A stretch of 64,000 bases of DNA, from the NCBI RefSeq assembly GCF_009914755.1, contig NC_060928.1; one strand, 5' to 3'. Under the pieces are notes generated by a model, which was not told the DNA's origin, searched no databases, and worked only from the letters and a program-made list of their open reading frames with translations. A program made the translations under genes and the position numbers. Source of the stretch: the human T2T-CHM13v2.0 reference genome, Homo sapiens. This document shows, in pieces, positions 32,535 to 44,697 of the stretch (within the stretch, counting starts at the first letter, position 1; every line of letters begins with the position of its first letter).

Positions 32535-33837
32535 TTTTTAAAAAAATAATTTCAGCTCCTATTTTAGATTCAGGGAGTGCATGTGCAGATTTGTTCCATG
32601 GGTATATTGTGTGACACTGAAATATGGAGAACAAATGGCTCTGTCACCTAGGTACTGAACATAGTACCCAATAGTAGTTTTTCAGCCCTTGCCACACTCC
32701 CTCTCTCTCCCCTCTGGTAGTCCCCAGTGTTCATTGTTTCCATCTTTATGTCCATGTGTACTCAATGTTTAGCTACCATTTTTTTTTTATTATACTTTAA
32801 GTTCTAGGGTACATGTGCACATTGTGCAGGTTAGTTACATATGTATACATGTGCCATGCTGGTGCGCTGCACCCACTAACTCGTCATCTAGCATTAGGTA
32901 TATCTCCCAATGCTATCCCTCCCCCCTCCCTCCACCCCACAACAGTCCCCAGAGTGTGATTTCCCCTTCCTGTGTCCATGTGATCTCATTGTTCAATTCC
33001 CACCTATGAATGAGAATATGCGGTGTTTGGTTTTTTTGTCCTTGCGATAGTTTACTGACGATGATTTCCAATTTCATCCATGTCCCTACAAAGGACATGA
33101 ACTCACCATTTTTTATGGCTGCATAGTATTCCATGGTGTATATGTGCCACATTTTCTTAATCCAGTCTATCATTGTTGGACATTTGGGTTGGTTCCAAGT
33201 CTTTGCTATTGTGAATAATGCCGCAATAAACATACGTGTGCATGTGTCTTTATAGCATTAGCTACCATTTTTAAGTGAGAAAATGCAGTACTTGGTTTTC
33301 TGTTTCTGCATTTATTTGCTTAGGATAATGGCTTCTAGCTGCATCCATATTGCTGCAAAGAACTGGATTTCATTCTTTTTTATAGCTATGTGGTATTCCA
33401 TGATGTATATGTACCACATTTTCTTTCTCCAGTCCACCGTTGATGAGCATCTAGGTTGATTCTATGTCTTTGCTACTGTGAATAGTGCTACATTGAACAT
33501 ATAAATGCATGTGTATTTTTGGTAGAATGATTTGTTTTCCTTTGGGCATTTACCCACTAATGGATTGCTGGGTTGAATGGTAATGTTGTTTTAAGTTCTT
33601 TGAGAAATCTCCAAACTGCTTTTCACAGTGGCTGAACTAATTTCAATCCCACCAACAGGGTATATACCTTCCCTTTTTTGAGAAATCTCCAAACTGCTTT
33701 CCATAGGGTTTGAACTAGTTTACATTTCCACCAACAGTGTATAAGTGTTTCCTTTCCTCTGCAGCCTCACCAGAATCTGTTACCTTTTGACTTTTTAATA
33801 ATTGCTGTTCTGACTGGTATGAGATGATATCTTATTG
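32535..33837 (-). mobile_element. Older L1PA (L1PA15-17-like) 3' fragment hosting a younger L1
   Basis: TTTTAGATTCAGGG..GTACCCAATAGTAGTTTTTCAGCCCTTG..TTGAGAAATCTCCAAACTGCTTT. Confidence 0.85.
32784..33257 (-). mobile_element. 5'-truncated young L1 (L1PA2-like, ~470 bp) with a perfect 15-bp TSD
   Basis: TTAGCTACCATTTTT at 32769-32783 and 33258-33272; CCCACTAACTCGTCATCTAGC (GAG allele, not Ta ACA or pre-Ta ACG); TT/AAAA target site. Confidence 0.93.
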
Positions 33838-34284
33838 GACAGCAAGATTTATTGATTAGCAATCAAATGTACTTAAGGGAGAGATATCCCTTGGCAGGTG
33901 TGGTTGATATCCTAATACCTTTCCATGTCCTCTGGGTTAGGGTGAAGAACTTGTTCCTTCATCAAAGTAAAATAAAAATACAACATTATAATTTTAGTGT
34001 TTTGTTTAAAACTACTTATTTGTTTGCTTGAAACAATTAAATCTTCCCTTACATGAAGAAGGAGAGTAAGTTGTAATTGAACCTTATAATACAGGAAACA
34101 GACATTTAGGTAGAAAAACCACCAGGCATCAACCTAATCATTGAATGTTTCCCGTAGTAAAAGTTGTTGTAATTAGTACCTTTCACAAAGACAAAAGAGA
34201 AGCAATTGATTCAATTTGAAAAACAAATAGAAATTTAATATTATAGGAATACAAAGCAACTTCTTAAATACAAAAATATTATCC

Positions 34285-34350
34285 ATTTTATTTTGTTAAT
34301 TCTAAGATGCATCTTACAATTGTTTGCATCTCAGATATGATTACATAAAT
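34285..34350. mobile_element. Possible collapsed MER104-like (TcMar-Tc2) MITE remnant
   Basis: ATTCTAAGATGC ... GCATCTCAGAT inverted ends around TCTTACAATTG; match is from memory only. Confidence 0.3.
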
Positions 34351-34354
34351 CATT

Positions 34355-35015
34355 TCGTTTAAGATCATCTACAATGCTAGTCCCTTGAATTAAGAAATGA
34401 AAGACAAATGTCATTATTATTATTAGTGACAACTTCTGAAAATTCTTGCCAAGAAAATAAGACAAAAACAGATATAAAACTTTAGGAAGGATACAAATTC
34501 ATCCCTATTAGCAGATTATGTGATTATTTTTCCCAAAAACCCAAGGGTCAGCTGATAAACTACTAGAACTGATAAGATGATTCATTAAGTGGCAGGATAT
34601 AAAATAAATATGAGATATTAATGACCAGTTAGAGCTTTGTTACATCCTCTAACAAATCATTGCTTTGTTTACCAAGCAGAGAGATAATGCTTCTATTGAA
34701 AAAATATAAAGAAAGATAATTTCAACTATGATTATAAAAATTACTTTTGTTAAGACACCATAAGCATAATAAAAGGGCAAATAACAACTTGAAAAATATT
34801 AGCAATATATGTATAACAGGCAAAAATGTAGAATCCTAAAATATAAAGAACTGTTAAAAATTAGAAGGGGAACACTTCTATAGAAAAATAGCAAAAAAAA
34901 AAAAAAAAACAAAAAAGGAGGTAAATCACAAAAATACTATACTAATCTGTGAAAAAGAGAATGCTCAACTTTATTAATATTAACATTTAAATAACTATAA
35001 GGTACCATTTATCTT
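34355..35015 (+). mobile_element. Decayed L1ME-type ORF2 fragments (3' end probably continues at ~36230-36700)
   Basis: GCAGATTATGTGATT..AAACTACTAGAACTGATAAG..GTGGCAGGATATAAAATAAATA. Confidence 0.6.
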
Positions 35016-35167
35016 CTGTGTCAGTTATCAATTAATACATAATACATTCCCCAAATGTATTACATATTAACTTTGTAACTTAGTGGCTTAAACATGGATA
35101 TCACTGGCTTCCCACACTGGTCTTTTCATAGGGTTTCTTACAACTGGCAGCTTTCCACAGAGTGTGT

Positions 35168-35257
35168 AGACAGAGGGAGAGAGAGGGAGGCGGGGAGAGA
35201 GAGAGAGGGGGTGGGGAGGGGGGGGGGGTGGGGAGAGAAAGAGAGAGAGATAGAGAG
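35168..35257 (+). repeat. Polypurine (GA)n/G-run tract
   Basis: Directly visible; contains G5, G4, G11 and G4 runs. Confidence 0.9.
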
Positions 35258-35356
35258 CGCAAGCCCAGGATAGAAGTCATTTTTTTGCAACCCAACTTTG
35301 GAAGTGACATTCCATTGCTTCTGCCATAGTCTGTTCAATAGAGGTAGATCAGAAAT

Positions 35357-35776
35357 TGTTATGGTTTGAATGTTTTCATTCCCTGCAATACTCATGTTGA
35401 AACGTAATCCCCAATGTAACAGTGTTGGAAGGTGGGGCCTAGTGGGAAGTGTTGAGATCATGAGGGCTCCATCCTCATGAATGGATTAATGCTACCAAAA
35501 AAAGAGCTTGAAGAGGTGGTTTTGCTCTCTTTCACTCTTTTGTCGTGTGAGAAACAGTACTTGCACCCTCTGGAGAATTTGGTGTCCAAGACAACATCTT
35601 GGAGGTGAAAACTCCAAGGTGGAAACTTGCAAGGTGGGACCTTGCAAAATGCCAAACCTGCTGGCACCTTAATTTTGGACTTCCCAGCCTCCAGAACTGT
35701 GAGAATAAATATATATTATTAATGAACTAGCCGGTCCATGTTATTTTGTTATAGAAATACAAAATGGATTAAGACA
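35357..35776 (+). mobile_element. MaLR solo LTR (MSTC/MSTD-like)
   Basis: TGTTATGGTTTGAATG ... TGGATTAAGACA; 5-bp TSD GAAAT/GGAAT. Confidence 0.88.
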
Positions 35777-35908
35777 GGAATCCAGCACAACTCAAGGAAA
35801 GAGGATCACCCAAAGATGTGAATACTAGAGAACAGGAATCCTTGGGGGGTCATCTTAGAGATTATGCATTCACATCTCCCATTAAACAGTTAAGATTAAA
35901 AATAAACA

Positions 35909-36211
<303 letters not shown>

Positions 36212-37339
36212 AAGATTAAAAATAAACATATACAAGAAAGCAAAGAGTGAAAGTTTTGCGTTATAAAGGGTGATGAAATATACGGTAGTAAAAGAATACA
36301 TTGTTGTAAACTTTCTCAAGAATATTTTGTATGAAGAGTAATACGACTTTCATACTCTTAGAAACATAATTACGTTTCTAGAAATTTAACATAAAGATAA
36401 AACAGGAATACACACAAAAATCTATGGAAAAGGATGTTTACCACAGCCTTATTTATAATAGTGAAAAAGTATAAGTAACTTTCACAAAGAGAGGAAAGAT
36501 GAAATAATTTATAGTTAAATCAGGATGATAGACTACTTTACAATTTATGATGTTTCTAAAGTACATTTCATAGAATTGGAAAAGCTCACATTTTTTAAAC
36601 AGAAGAAACAAGATGCAAATTACTGTGTAGTACAACTTTGATTATTAAAAATAACATACATATGTATACATATATAAACATACATACATAGCAACAGAGA
36701 CATAAATCAATTATTACAAATATACACCTTTGGGCAAGACGATTGGTATAATTATAAGTAAAACATTTAAGAACATTGTTTTGATTTGTAGAAATGTCTA
36801 TGTGTACAAAAAGGAACTTTCCCAACATTTTCCTTTGCTCCTTCATTTTCTCTTGCCAGTGCAAAGTAGAGGGTTATGATTTAATGTAAAGACATGATTA
36901 GCTATGTTGGCAACAGTATGTCCAGCCATTCTAATTGGTGGTATGCCACATGATGGACAGGACCAAAACTATGGCATACCACTGAACTGAGAACAGTTTC
37001 CATACCTCGAGGCCCAGTATTAGTCTTGGCTAAAATACTACTTGATGCTAACAAATACTATACTTTAAAAGTAATTTCGTGTTGGCATATATTTAACATC
37101 ATTTGGTGCTTTTTAGCTAAAGTTACTGAGTTTTAGCTATGCTTCTAATAGGAATCTACTATAAATCTGCTTTCAATAAGTCAAATGTCTCCACTATCAC
37201 CAATGAACATTTTTCAAATCACCCATGATGTGTTTAAATTAGAGTAGGTAATCATTTGAAACCAATAAATGAATTAGGAAAATGCTCACTCTTTACTTTC
37301 ATGGATTGAGATGTTCACTTAGAGATCTCAGCTATGCTT

Positions 37340-37529
37340 CAGTCCAGCCCATTACTACCTTATCCTGTGGAATTCACTTATTTAACATCTTTTCCCTGCT
37401 AGACTGTGAGAAACATGAAGGTAAGGACAATATCTGCCTTACTCATCTAGATATTTCCAAAACCTTAGCATAATATCTGGAGCATCTTGGGGACACAATA
37501 GTTCTTTGTTAATTGAATGAAGGAATGAA
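37340..37529 (+). mobile_element. L2 3' end fragment
   Basis: CTAGACTGTGAG..ATGAAGGTAAGGAC..CCTTAGCATAAT..TTGAATGAAGGAATGAA. Confidence 0.75.
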
Positions 37530-37913
37530 GCTCTGAGCATTCGAGTCTGCTTATAGTAACATGCCTGGGACCTTTCACCTTGTTTCTGTTCTATTTCTAG
37601 CCTCCCTCAGAGAGAGAAATTCAGAATTCATAATGATACTCATGACATTCCTTTTCCCCACTTCCCCCCCTTTTCACCCTCACACACAAAGTACAAAGAA
37701 AGTACGATAGTTGTCCAAATAATGAACTAAAGAATAGCCAATTTTGTTGCAAAACTTGCTGTTTTTTGTTTTCGTTTTAAATCAAGCAACAGAAAATAAC
37801 TGGTGTATCTGCCATTTTCAGTAATTTGGCTAAATTGCTGGGGTTTTTGGTCATTATGTTTCCATGTATATCAGTCTTTCATGGAATCCAATTTCAATTT
37901 TTGTGTATTCGAG

Positions 37914-38415
37914 TGTGCCAGGCAGAATAATAGCTCCCAAAGATGTCCATGCTGTAATCCCTGGAAATGTGAATATGCTACCCTACATGGCTAAAGAGAC
38001 TTTGCAGATGTGATTAAGGGTATGGATTTTGAGATGGGGAGATTACCCTGGATTATCTGTTGGGCCCAGTCTAATCACGTGATTCCTCTAAAAGTGGAGA
38101 ACCTTTCTTGGCTGTGGTTAGAGAAAGCTGAGACAATGAAAGAAGAATCTGAGAGATGTGACACTGCTGACTTTGAAGATGGAGGAAGGAGGTCATAAGG
38201 TAAGAAATGCAGGAGGTGTCTGGAAGGTGGAAAGGGCAAGGAAACAGATTCTCCCTTGAAGCTTCCAGAATGGAACAATGGCCCCACCAACACCATGATT
38301 ATAGCCAAGTGAGGTCCATGTTCTTCTGACTTACTGAATTGTTAAGATAATAAATTGTGTTCTTTTAAGTCATTAAGTTCATAGTAATTTGTTACAACAA
38401 TGGAAAACAAGTATA
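37914..38415 (+). mobile_element. MaLR solo LTR (MLT1D-like)
   Basis: GGCAGAATAATAGCTCCCAAAGATGTCC..GACTTTGCAGATGTGATTAAGG..AAAGGGCAAGGAAACAGATTCTCCC. Confidence 0.9.
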
Positions 38416-39193
38416 GTGATATTTTAAGTTAAATTCAGGTGAATCTATATGCATAGTTCTAAAGACAGTTTTTCAAATAAAAATATTTATTCAAAAATTA
38501 TATCTTCACATCAGCTTACTGTTTGGCCAAGTAAATTTAAATACACATGGACTTTAAAAATTGGCACTATTGGTTAAAAGAAAACATAATCAACTAGGCC
38601 AGATGGAATTTGAATAGGTAGTACCCTATTCCTGCTACTTTTGGGAGAGATTTTGTTGGAGTCATTATGTATAGTTGCATTAGAAATATATGTGGCTGTG
38701 GACAAGTTTTCCTTGACTGAGGATATGGTGAATAGCAGAAGAGGTGTGGGAACTGGAAGGTAACTTGGTATTTGTGGTCAGGTTGGTGAAATATTTGGTG
38801 GCTTGTTGATTTTATATATGACTCTTTTAGTCATAATTTCTTGGCAACGTGATAGTATCCTTCATCTGAAGTTTTCTAATATTTTACTTGTTAATATCAA
38901 CATGGGAATAAAGAGATGAAAACAAGAAACTTGAAGATTAAATAAGTTATAGAAGATTATGGATAAGATTGAGTTAGAGGTTAAACTTTGGTTTCTTATA
39001 TTTCTATTTTTATTATTTATCTACTAGGTAAAAAAAATAACTAAAAGCTTAAAAAGTTCCAAAGCAATCAATTTTCTAAAAATCTTAATTTTTAAAAAGT
39101 ATTTTGATTTAAGACATTTTGTAAGATTTCAAGTATTTGAAATAATGCTTTTATCTTCATGTTCAGAAACAATTTATTCTTCTATTTGTCTTA

Positions 39194-39666
39194 TGTACTA
39201 ATTTCCTGTTACTGGTGTAGCAAAACTCTAAAAATTTGGTGGCTCAAAACACTATTCTTTTAACAGCTCTGGGGGTCAGAAATCTGAAATAAATGTTAGT
39301 TGCTAACATCCAGGTGTCAGCAGAACTGGTTTCTGCTGGAGGCTCCAGGTAAGAATCTGTTTCCTGGCCTTTTCCAGCTTCCAGTGGCTGCTCTCCTTCC
39401 TTGTCTCGAGCACTTCACTCCGATCTGTTGCTCCCGTCAGCACATTTCCCTCTCCTCTGATTCTGACATTTCCTTCATCTTTTTTATTAGGACCTTTGTG
39501 ATTACATCAGGCCCATCCAGATATCCAGCATTATCTCCCCATCTCAAAATCCTTAACCGTATCTACAGAAGTCCCTTTTTTGCCATATAAGGCAACATTC
39601 TGAGGTTTTAGGGATTAGGATGCAGACATATTTGGTGGGCGTGGGGACATTACATAGCCTACCATA
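39194..39666 (-). mobile_element. MaLR solo LTR (MLT1C/D-like)
   Basis: CTGGAGGCTCCAGG.AAGAATCTGTTTCC..TCTCCCCATCTCAAAATCCTTAA..GGGATTAGGA. Confidence 0.85.
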
Positions 39667-39809
39667 GTATAAACAAGAAATCCTAAATGCTCTGAAACCT
39701 TTCAGTGCTGTTGTCCTTATCTTTGAAGTCCAGACTTCTCCCTTCAGAAAAGAAGATTCTCTATAAAACATCTCTGGTTGTTATTTCAACCAAGACACAA
39801 CATGCAATT

Positions 39810-40502
39810 CACAATTCACAGAATAATAGGGTTGTCAGAGGCTTGAGAAATTATGTATTCCATAGCTTTTTTGAATCAATGAAGAAACAGATTAAAGCTC
39901 TTAGATGATTAGCCCAGGTCCACCTATCAAACTTGGAAGTAAAGCAAGGGCCAAAAAAGTACAAAGGGAAACAAGACAATGGAATACAGTACCTATTATG
40001 GGCCAGATGCTATATGTTTTGAAAATCTTCTGGGTCAGTTTTATTGCTGTAAGTTTTACAGATACTGAAAGTGAAACTAGGAGACCAGCTGTCTAGGATC
40101 ACACAGATATTTTGGTAAACTTAATTCTTGTTCACTAATATCCACTACCCCTTCCTTTATTTCCTTTTCCTATTGAACTTAATGTGTGACTATGTGATTT
40201 GCTTTAATCAATGAAATATGTCATCTCTAAGCTGAGTTTTTCAGAGCTACCGCTTGCTTTGCCATATTCTTTTTTTCTTGCCACAATGACTGGCAATATT
40301 CCAATAAAGGATGCTTTGTTAGCCTGGGTCCCAAAGTGAAATGAACCTGGATACTTGTATATAAATAAACCTGTGCTGTTGTAAGCCACTAAGATTTGGG
40401 GGTCATTTGTTACTCCTGTATAACCTAACTTACTCTTCTGAAGCAGTTATTAAATGTCAAGGCCAGAATTTGAACTCGGGTCTGTCTGATTTCAAAGCTC
40501 AT
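39810..40502 (-). mobile_element. MIR fragments (split by an MLT1I-like LTR)
   Basis: TTTTACAGATACTGAAAGTGAAACT..GGATCACACAG and GCCAGAATTTGAACTCGGGTCTGTCTGATTTCAAAGCTCAT. Confidence 0.6.
40112..40444 (+). mobile_element. Old MaLR LTR (MLT1I/J-like)
   Basis: TCTTGCCACAATGACTGGCAATATTCCA..AGCCTGGGTCCC..AATAAACC..TAAGCCACTAAGATTTGGGGG..TTTGTTAC. Confidence 0.75.
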
Positions 40503-40926
40503 CATTATGGTTTGAATGTTTGTGCCTCCTTCAAAATTCACATGGAAACTTTATCTTTAATGCAGCAGTTTTAAGAGGTGAGGCCTTTTGGGGGTGATTA
40601 GGCCACGAAAGCTTGACCCACATGGATGGGCTTAGTGCCTTGTGAAAGGACTTGGGAGGGTGAGTTCACCCATCCATTTATTCCACCTCTTCCACTATGG
40701 GAGGACAGAGTATTCAGTGCTTTTGCCTGTCTGCCTTCTCCCGTGTGAGGATGCAGCCACAAGATGCCATCTTGTAAGTACAGACTGAACCTTCACCAGA
40801 CTCAAATCTTCCTGTGCCTGGATTTTGAACTTCTCAGCCACCGGAACTGTGAGAAATACATTTCTATTATTTATAAATTACCCAGTCTGTGTTAGTTTGT
40901 TATAGCAGCAGGAACAGACTGAGACA
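40503..40926 (+). mobile_element. MaLR solo LTR (MSTD/MLT1A-like)
   Basis: TATGGTTTGAATGTTTGTG ... TTTATAAATTACCCAGTCTG ... AACAGACTGAGACA. Confidence 0.88.
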
Positions 40927-41194
40927 CCTTTGTTCTAGACTCCAGGCCACTGATTCTTATTTGTTTATTTCACTTCTCCACACTATGAGATACCTATGCA
41001 TGGAACATATGAGAAAACTATTATATACTATGGATTGATTATCCAAACTTTGTCTTAAACAAGTTTGTAAAGTAGGTGGATATTAACATTTACAAAGGAA
41101 TATGTCACTACTCTCTTAACATTTTTTAACCACCTATTAGAGTACACTTTATGTCAAGGAAACTGAGCAGTGATAATGAGCTTAGCAAACAGAT

Positions 41195-41345
41195 AAATGG
41201 CAATAAGCAATGTTGTACTAACTATGTAGCACATAGTCTTCTAATTGTCTTGTGTATCTTAACTCACCTAATCCTCACAAAACCCCTGTCAAGTATTACT
41301 ATTCTCATCCAGTGTTTTAGATAAGAAGACAGAGGCTCAAACATT
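41195..41345 (-). mobile_element. MIR fragment
   Basis: TAACTCACCTAATCCTCACAAAACCCCTG..TTTTAGATAAGAAGACAGAGGCTC. Confidence 0.7.
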
Positions 41346-42671
41346 AAATGGTAGCGCTTCCATTAAAACCCACTGTGCTCCCAAACCTTATTCAGCCCAT
41401 TTTAAATCAATTTGTTAATTTATTCCAGATATTCACAATCAAAACCAACACATTTAATATATAGGGTTTTTAGAACATTGAAATATAAACTAAAATTATA
41501 TCCCAAATTTTATATTGCAATTTCTGTTTTATTTGGAGCTCCCCACATATGTAGTTTCTCTATAACAAGATATTATTCAATACTAAGTACAAATCAACCA
41601 GATTGGTGATTTCAAAGAAATGTCTGTCTGACTTAATTAATACAGTAGCCATAATTAGACGTACAGTTTTCTGTACATCTTTTGCTGTAACTACCCGAGT
41701 TTTTTATAACAATTACTCCCATTGTGACCACTTTAAAAAGTCTATATCTATTGCTTCAACTAAAATATGAATAATTCTATCCCACTACTCTCACCCTACT
41801 TTCTCCCATTTGTGCCCCTATGATAGCAGACTGACTTGTCATCTCCTCAGCTTTTGTAAGGAGATAATAATTTTTTTAAATGTATTAGATCTGAAATTCT
41901 AGCACTGTGCAAGTCAAGGCCCTGTCATGAGAGATGATTTATGTATTGTTTTAGTTTTGCCAAATCGATTCTGAATGAGCTGCTGAAACACCTGCCTGAA
42001 AGTGTGGAACTTACAAGATAGTTTTTCTGAAGCTGATCAACCTAACTGTGTAGCACCATAAAAAATTTAAAATGTATTCTCTTCATTGATCCCATAAACA
42101 TAACACATTGCTTTGAAAACATGTCCTCTTTTTTAGCTGTTGACTATTATTAGTAATGAACAGCTGCATTTCTATTTCCTGTGTCTTATGGATGTCATCT
42201 AATGGAGACCTTGCATGATTATGTAAGTTATCAGTAATATGAAAGTCACTATTTATGATATGAATATGATCTCCTCTTAAATCACTCATTAGTTCTTTTA
42301 CTGTTAATGCTAAAAACCTTTAGCATTCTAGTTTCTACATAATATTTTGACATACCTATTTCTGCTACTTATTGAAGCTATGTTAAAGTACAATTCTAAG
42401 TGTTCACAATGTACAATCAGGAGCATTTATCAGAGGAGTGGTCTATTGAAAAATCATTAAAACATTTAGGGATTAATCTTTTCAATAATCCCCCTGCACT
42501 TCCCACCCCTCACCTACCTAAGACCTTATTGAGCCTCAGGTATTAGAAAGAAACAAGTAAGTACATGATATTTGCTAAAAATGGGAAGATAGGGAATAAA
42601 GGCTAGAAATACAGCATTTTGAATTTCAAAAATAATTTGGTATATACTTGGTCTAAAATTTAAGCTGAATT

Positions 42672-42737
42672 GCCCATGTAACAAACCTACCCAAGTACCC
42701 CTTCAACCTAAAATAGAAGTTGAAAAGTTAAAAAAAA
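42672..42737 (+). mobile_element. Very short L1 (old L1PA/PB) 3' terminus
   Basis: CCCATGTAACAAACCTACCCAAGTACCCC..AACCTAAAATAGAAGTTGAAAA. Confidence 0.7.
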
Positions 42738-44363
42738 TCTATGGTTTAAATTTAAACAAATTTTTTTTGTGAGTACATTGTGAGTGTGTGTATTTATGGG
42801 AAACGAGATGTCTGGATACAGGCATGCAGGGTGAAATAAGCACATCATGGGAAATAGGGTATCAATCCCCTCAAACATTTATCCTTCGATTTACAATCCA
42901 ATTACACTCTTTAAGTTATTTAAACTGTACAATTAAGTTATTATTGACTATAGTCACCTTATCATGCTATCAAATAGTAGGTCTTATTCATTTTTTCTAT
43001 GTTTTTGGACCCATTAACCATCCCCACTTTCCCCCAAGAGCCCCCAGCTATTGTATTAATTAAGTCAGACAGATATTTCTTTGAAATCATACCCTCCCCA
43101 GCCTCTGGTAACATCCTTCTACTTTCTAGGTCCATAAGTTCAATTGGTTTGATTTTTAGATCCCACAGATAAGTGAGAACATGTGATGTTTGTTTTTCTG
43201 TGCCTGGCTTATTTCACTTAACATAGTGATCTTCAGTTCCATCCATGTTGCTGCAAATGACTGGATCTCATTCTTTTTTAATGTCTAAAGTACTCCATTG
43301 TGCATATGTACCACATTTTCTTTATCCATTTATCTCTTAATGGATACTTAGGTTGCTTCCAATCTTAGCTATTTTAAACCGTGCTGCAACAAACACAGGA
43401 GTGTGGATATCTGTTCGATATACTGATTTCCTTTCTTTTGGGCATATACCCAGCAGTGGAATTGTGGGATCATATGGTAGCTCAATTTTCAGTTTCTTAT
43501 AAAACCTCTAAACTTTTCTCCCTAGTGCTCATACTAATCTACATACCCACCAACAGTATACAAGGGGTTTCCTTTCCCCACATCCTTGCTAACATTTGTT
43601 ATTTCCTGTGTTTTGAATATAAGCTATTTAAAATGATATCTCACTGTAGTTTTGATTTACATTTCTCTGATGATCAGTGATGCTGAGCGCCTTTTCATAT
43701 GCCTGTTTGCCATTTGTATGTCTACTTTTAAGAAATGTCTATTCAAATCTTTTGCCCAATTTTGGATCAATTATTAGATTTTTTTTCTATAGAGTTGTTT
43801 GAGCTCCTTATATATGCTGGTTATTAATCCATCATCAGATGGGAAGTTTGCAAGTATTTTCTCCCATCCTGTAAGCAAGAAATCTTTGCCCAGACCAATG
43901 CCCTGAAGATTTTCCCCAATGTTTTCTTGTAGTAATTTTATAGTACAAGATCTTAGCTATAAGTCTTTAATCCATTTTGACTTTAGTTTTGTACACGGTA
44001 ATAGATGGGGTCTACTTTCATTCTTCTGCACATGGATACTCAATTTTCCCAGAAGCATTTATTGATGAGACTGTCTTTCCCCCAGTGTATGTTCTCAGTA
44101 GCTTTGTCAAAAATGAGTTCACCTTAGGTGTGTAGATTTGTCTCTGGGTTCTCTATTCTGTTCCATTGGTCTATGTGTCTGTTTTTATGCAAGAACCATC
44201 CTGTTATGGTTATTATAGCTTTCTAGTATAATTTGAAGTTAGGTAATGTTATTTCTCCAGTTTGTTCTTTTGCTTAGGATAGCTGTGGCTATTCTGGATC
44301 TTTTGCGGTTCTATATAAATTTTAGAATTTTTATTTTCTACTTTTGCAAAGAATGTCATTGGT

Positions 44364-44697
<334 letters not shown>

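Larger units (their letters stand above)
35017..35872 (-). mobile_element. Old MaLR LTR (MLT1F/G/H-like) split by an MST-type LTR
   Basis: AACTTAGTGGCTTAAAC..TTGGAAGTGACATTCCATTGCTTCTGCCATA..[insert]..TGTGAATACTAG..GGGGTCATCTTAGAG. Confidence 0.7.

Noticed and set aside
35614-35647. 15-bp tandem repeat CAAGGTGG(A/G)A(A/C)CTTG in an MST LTR
   Set aside because: Ordinary slippage duplication.
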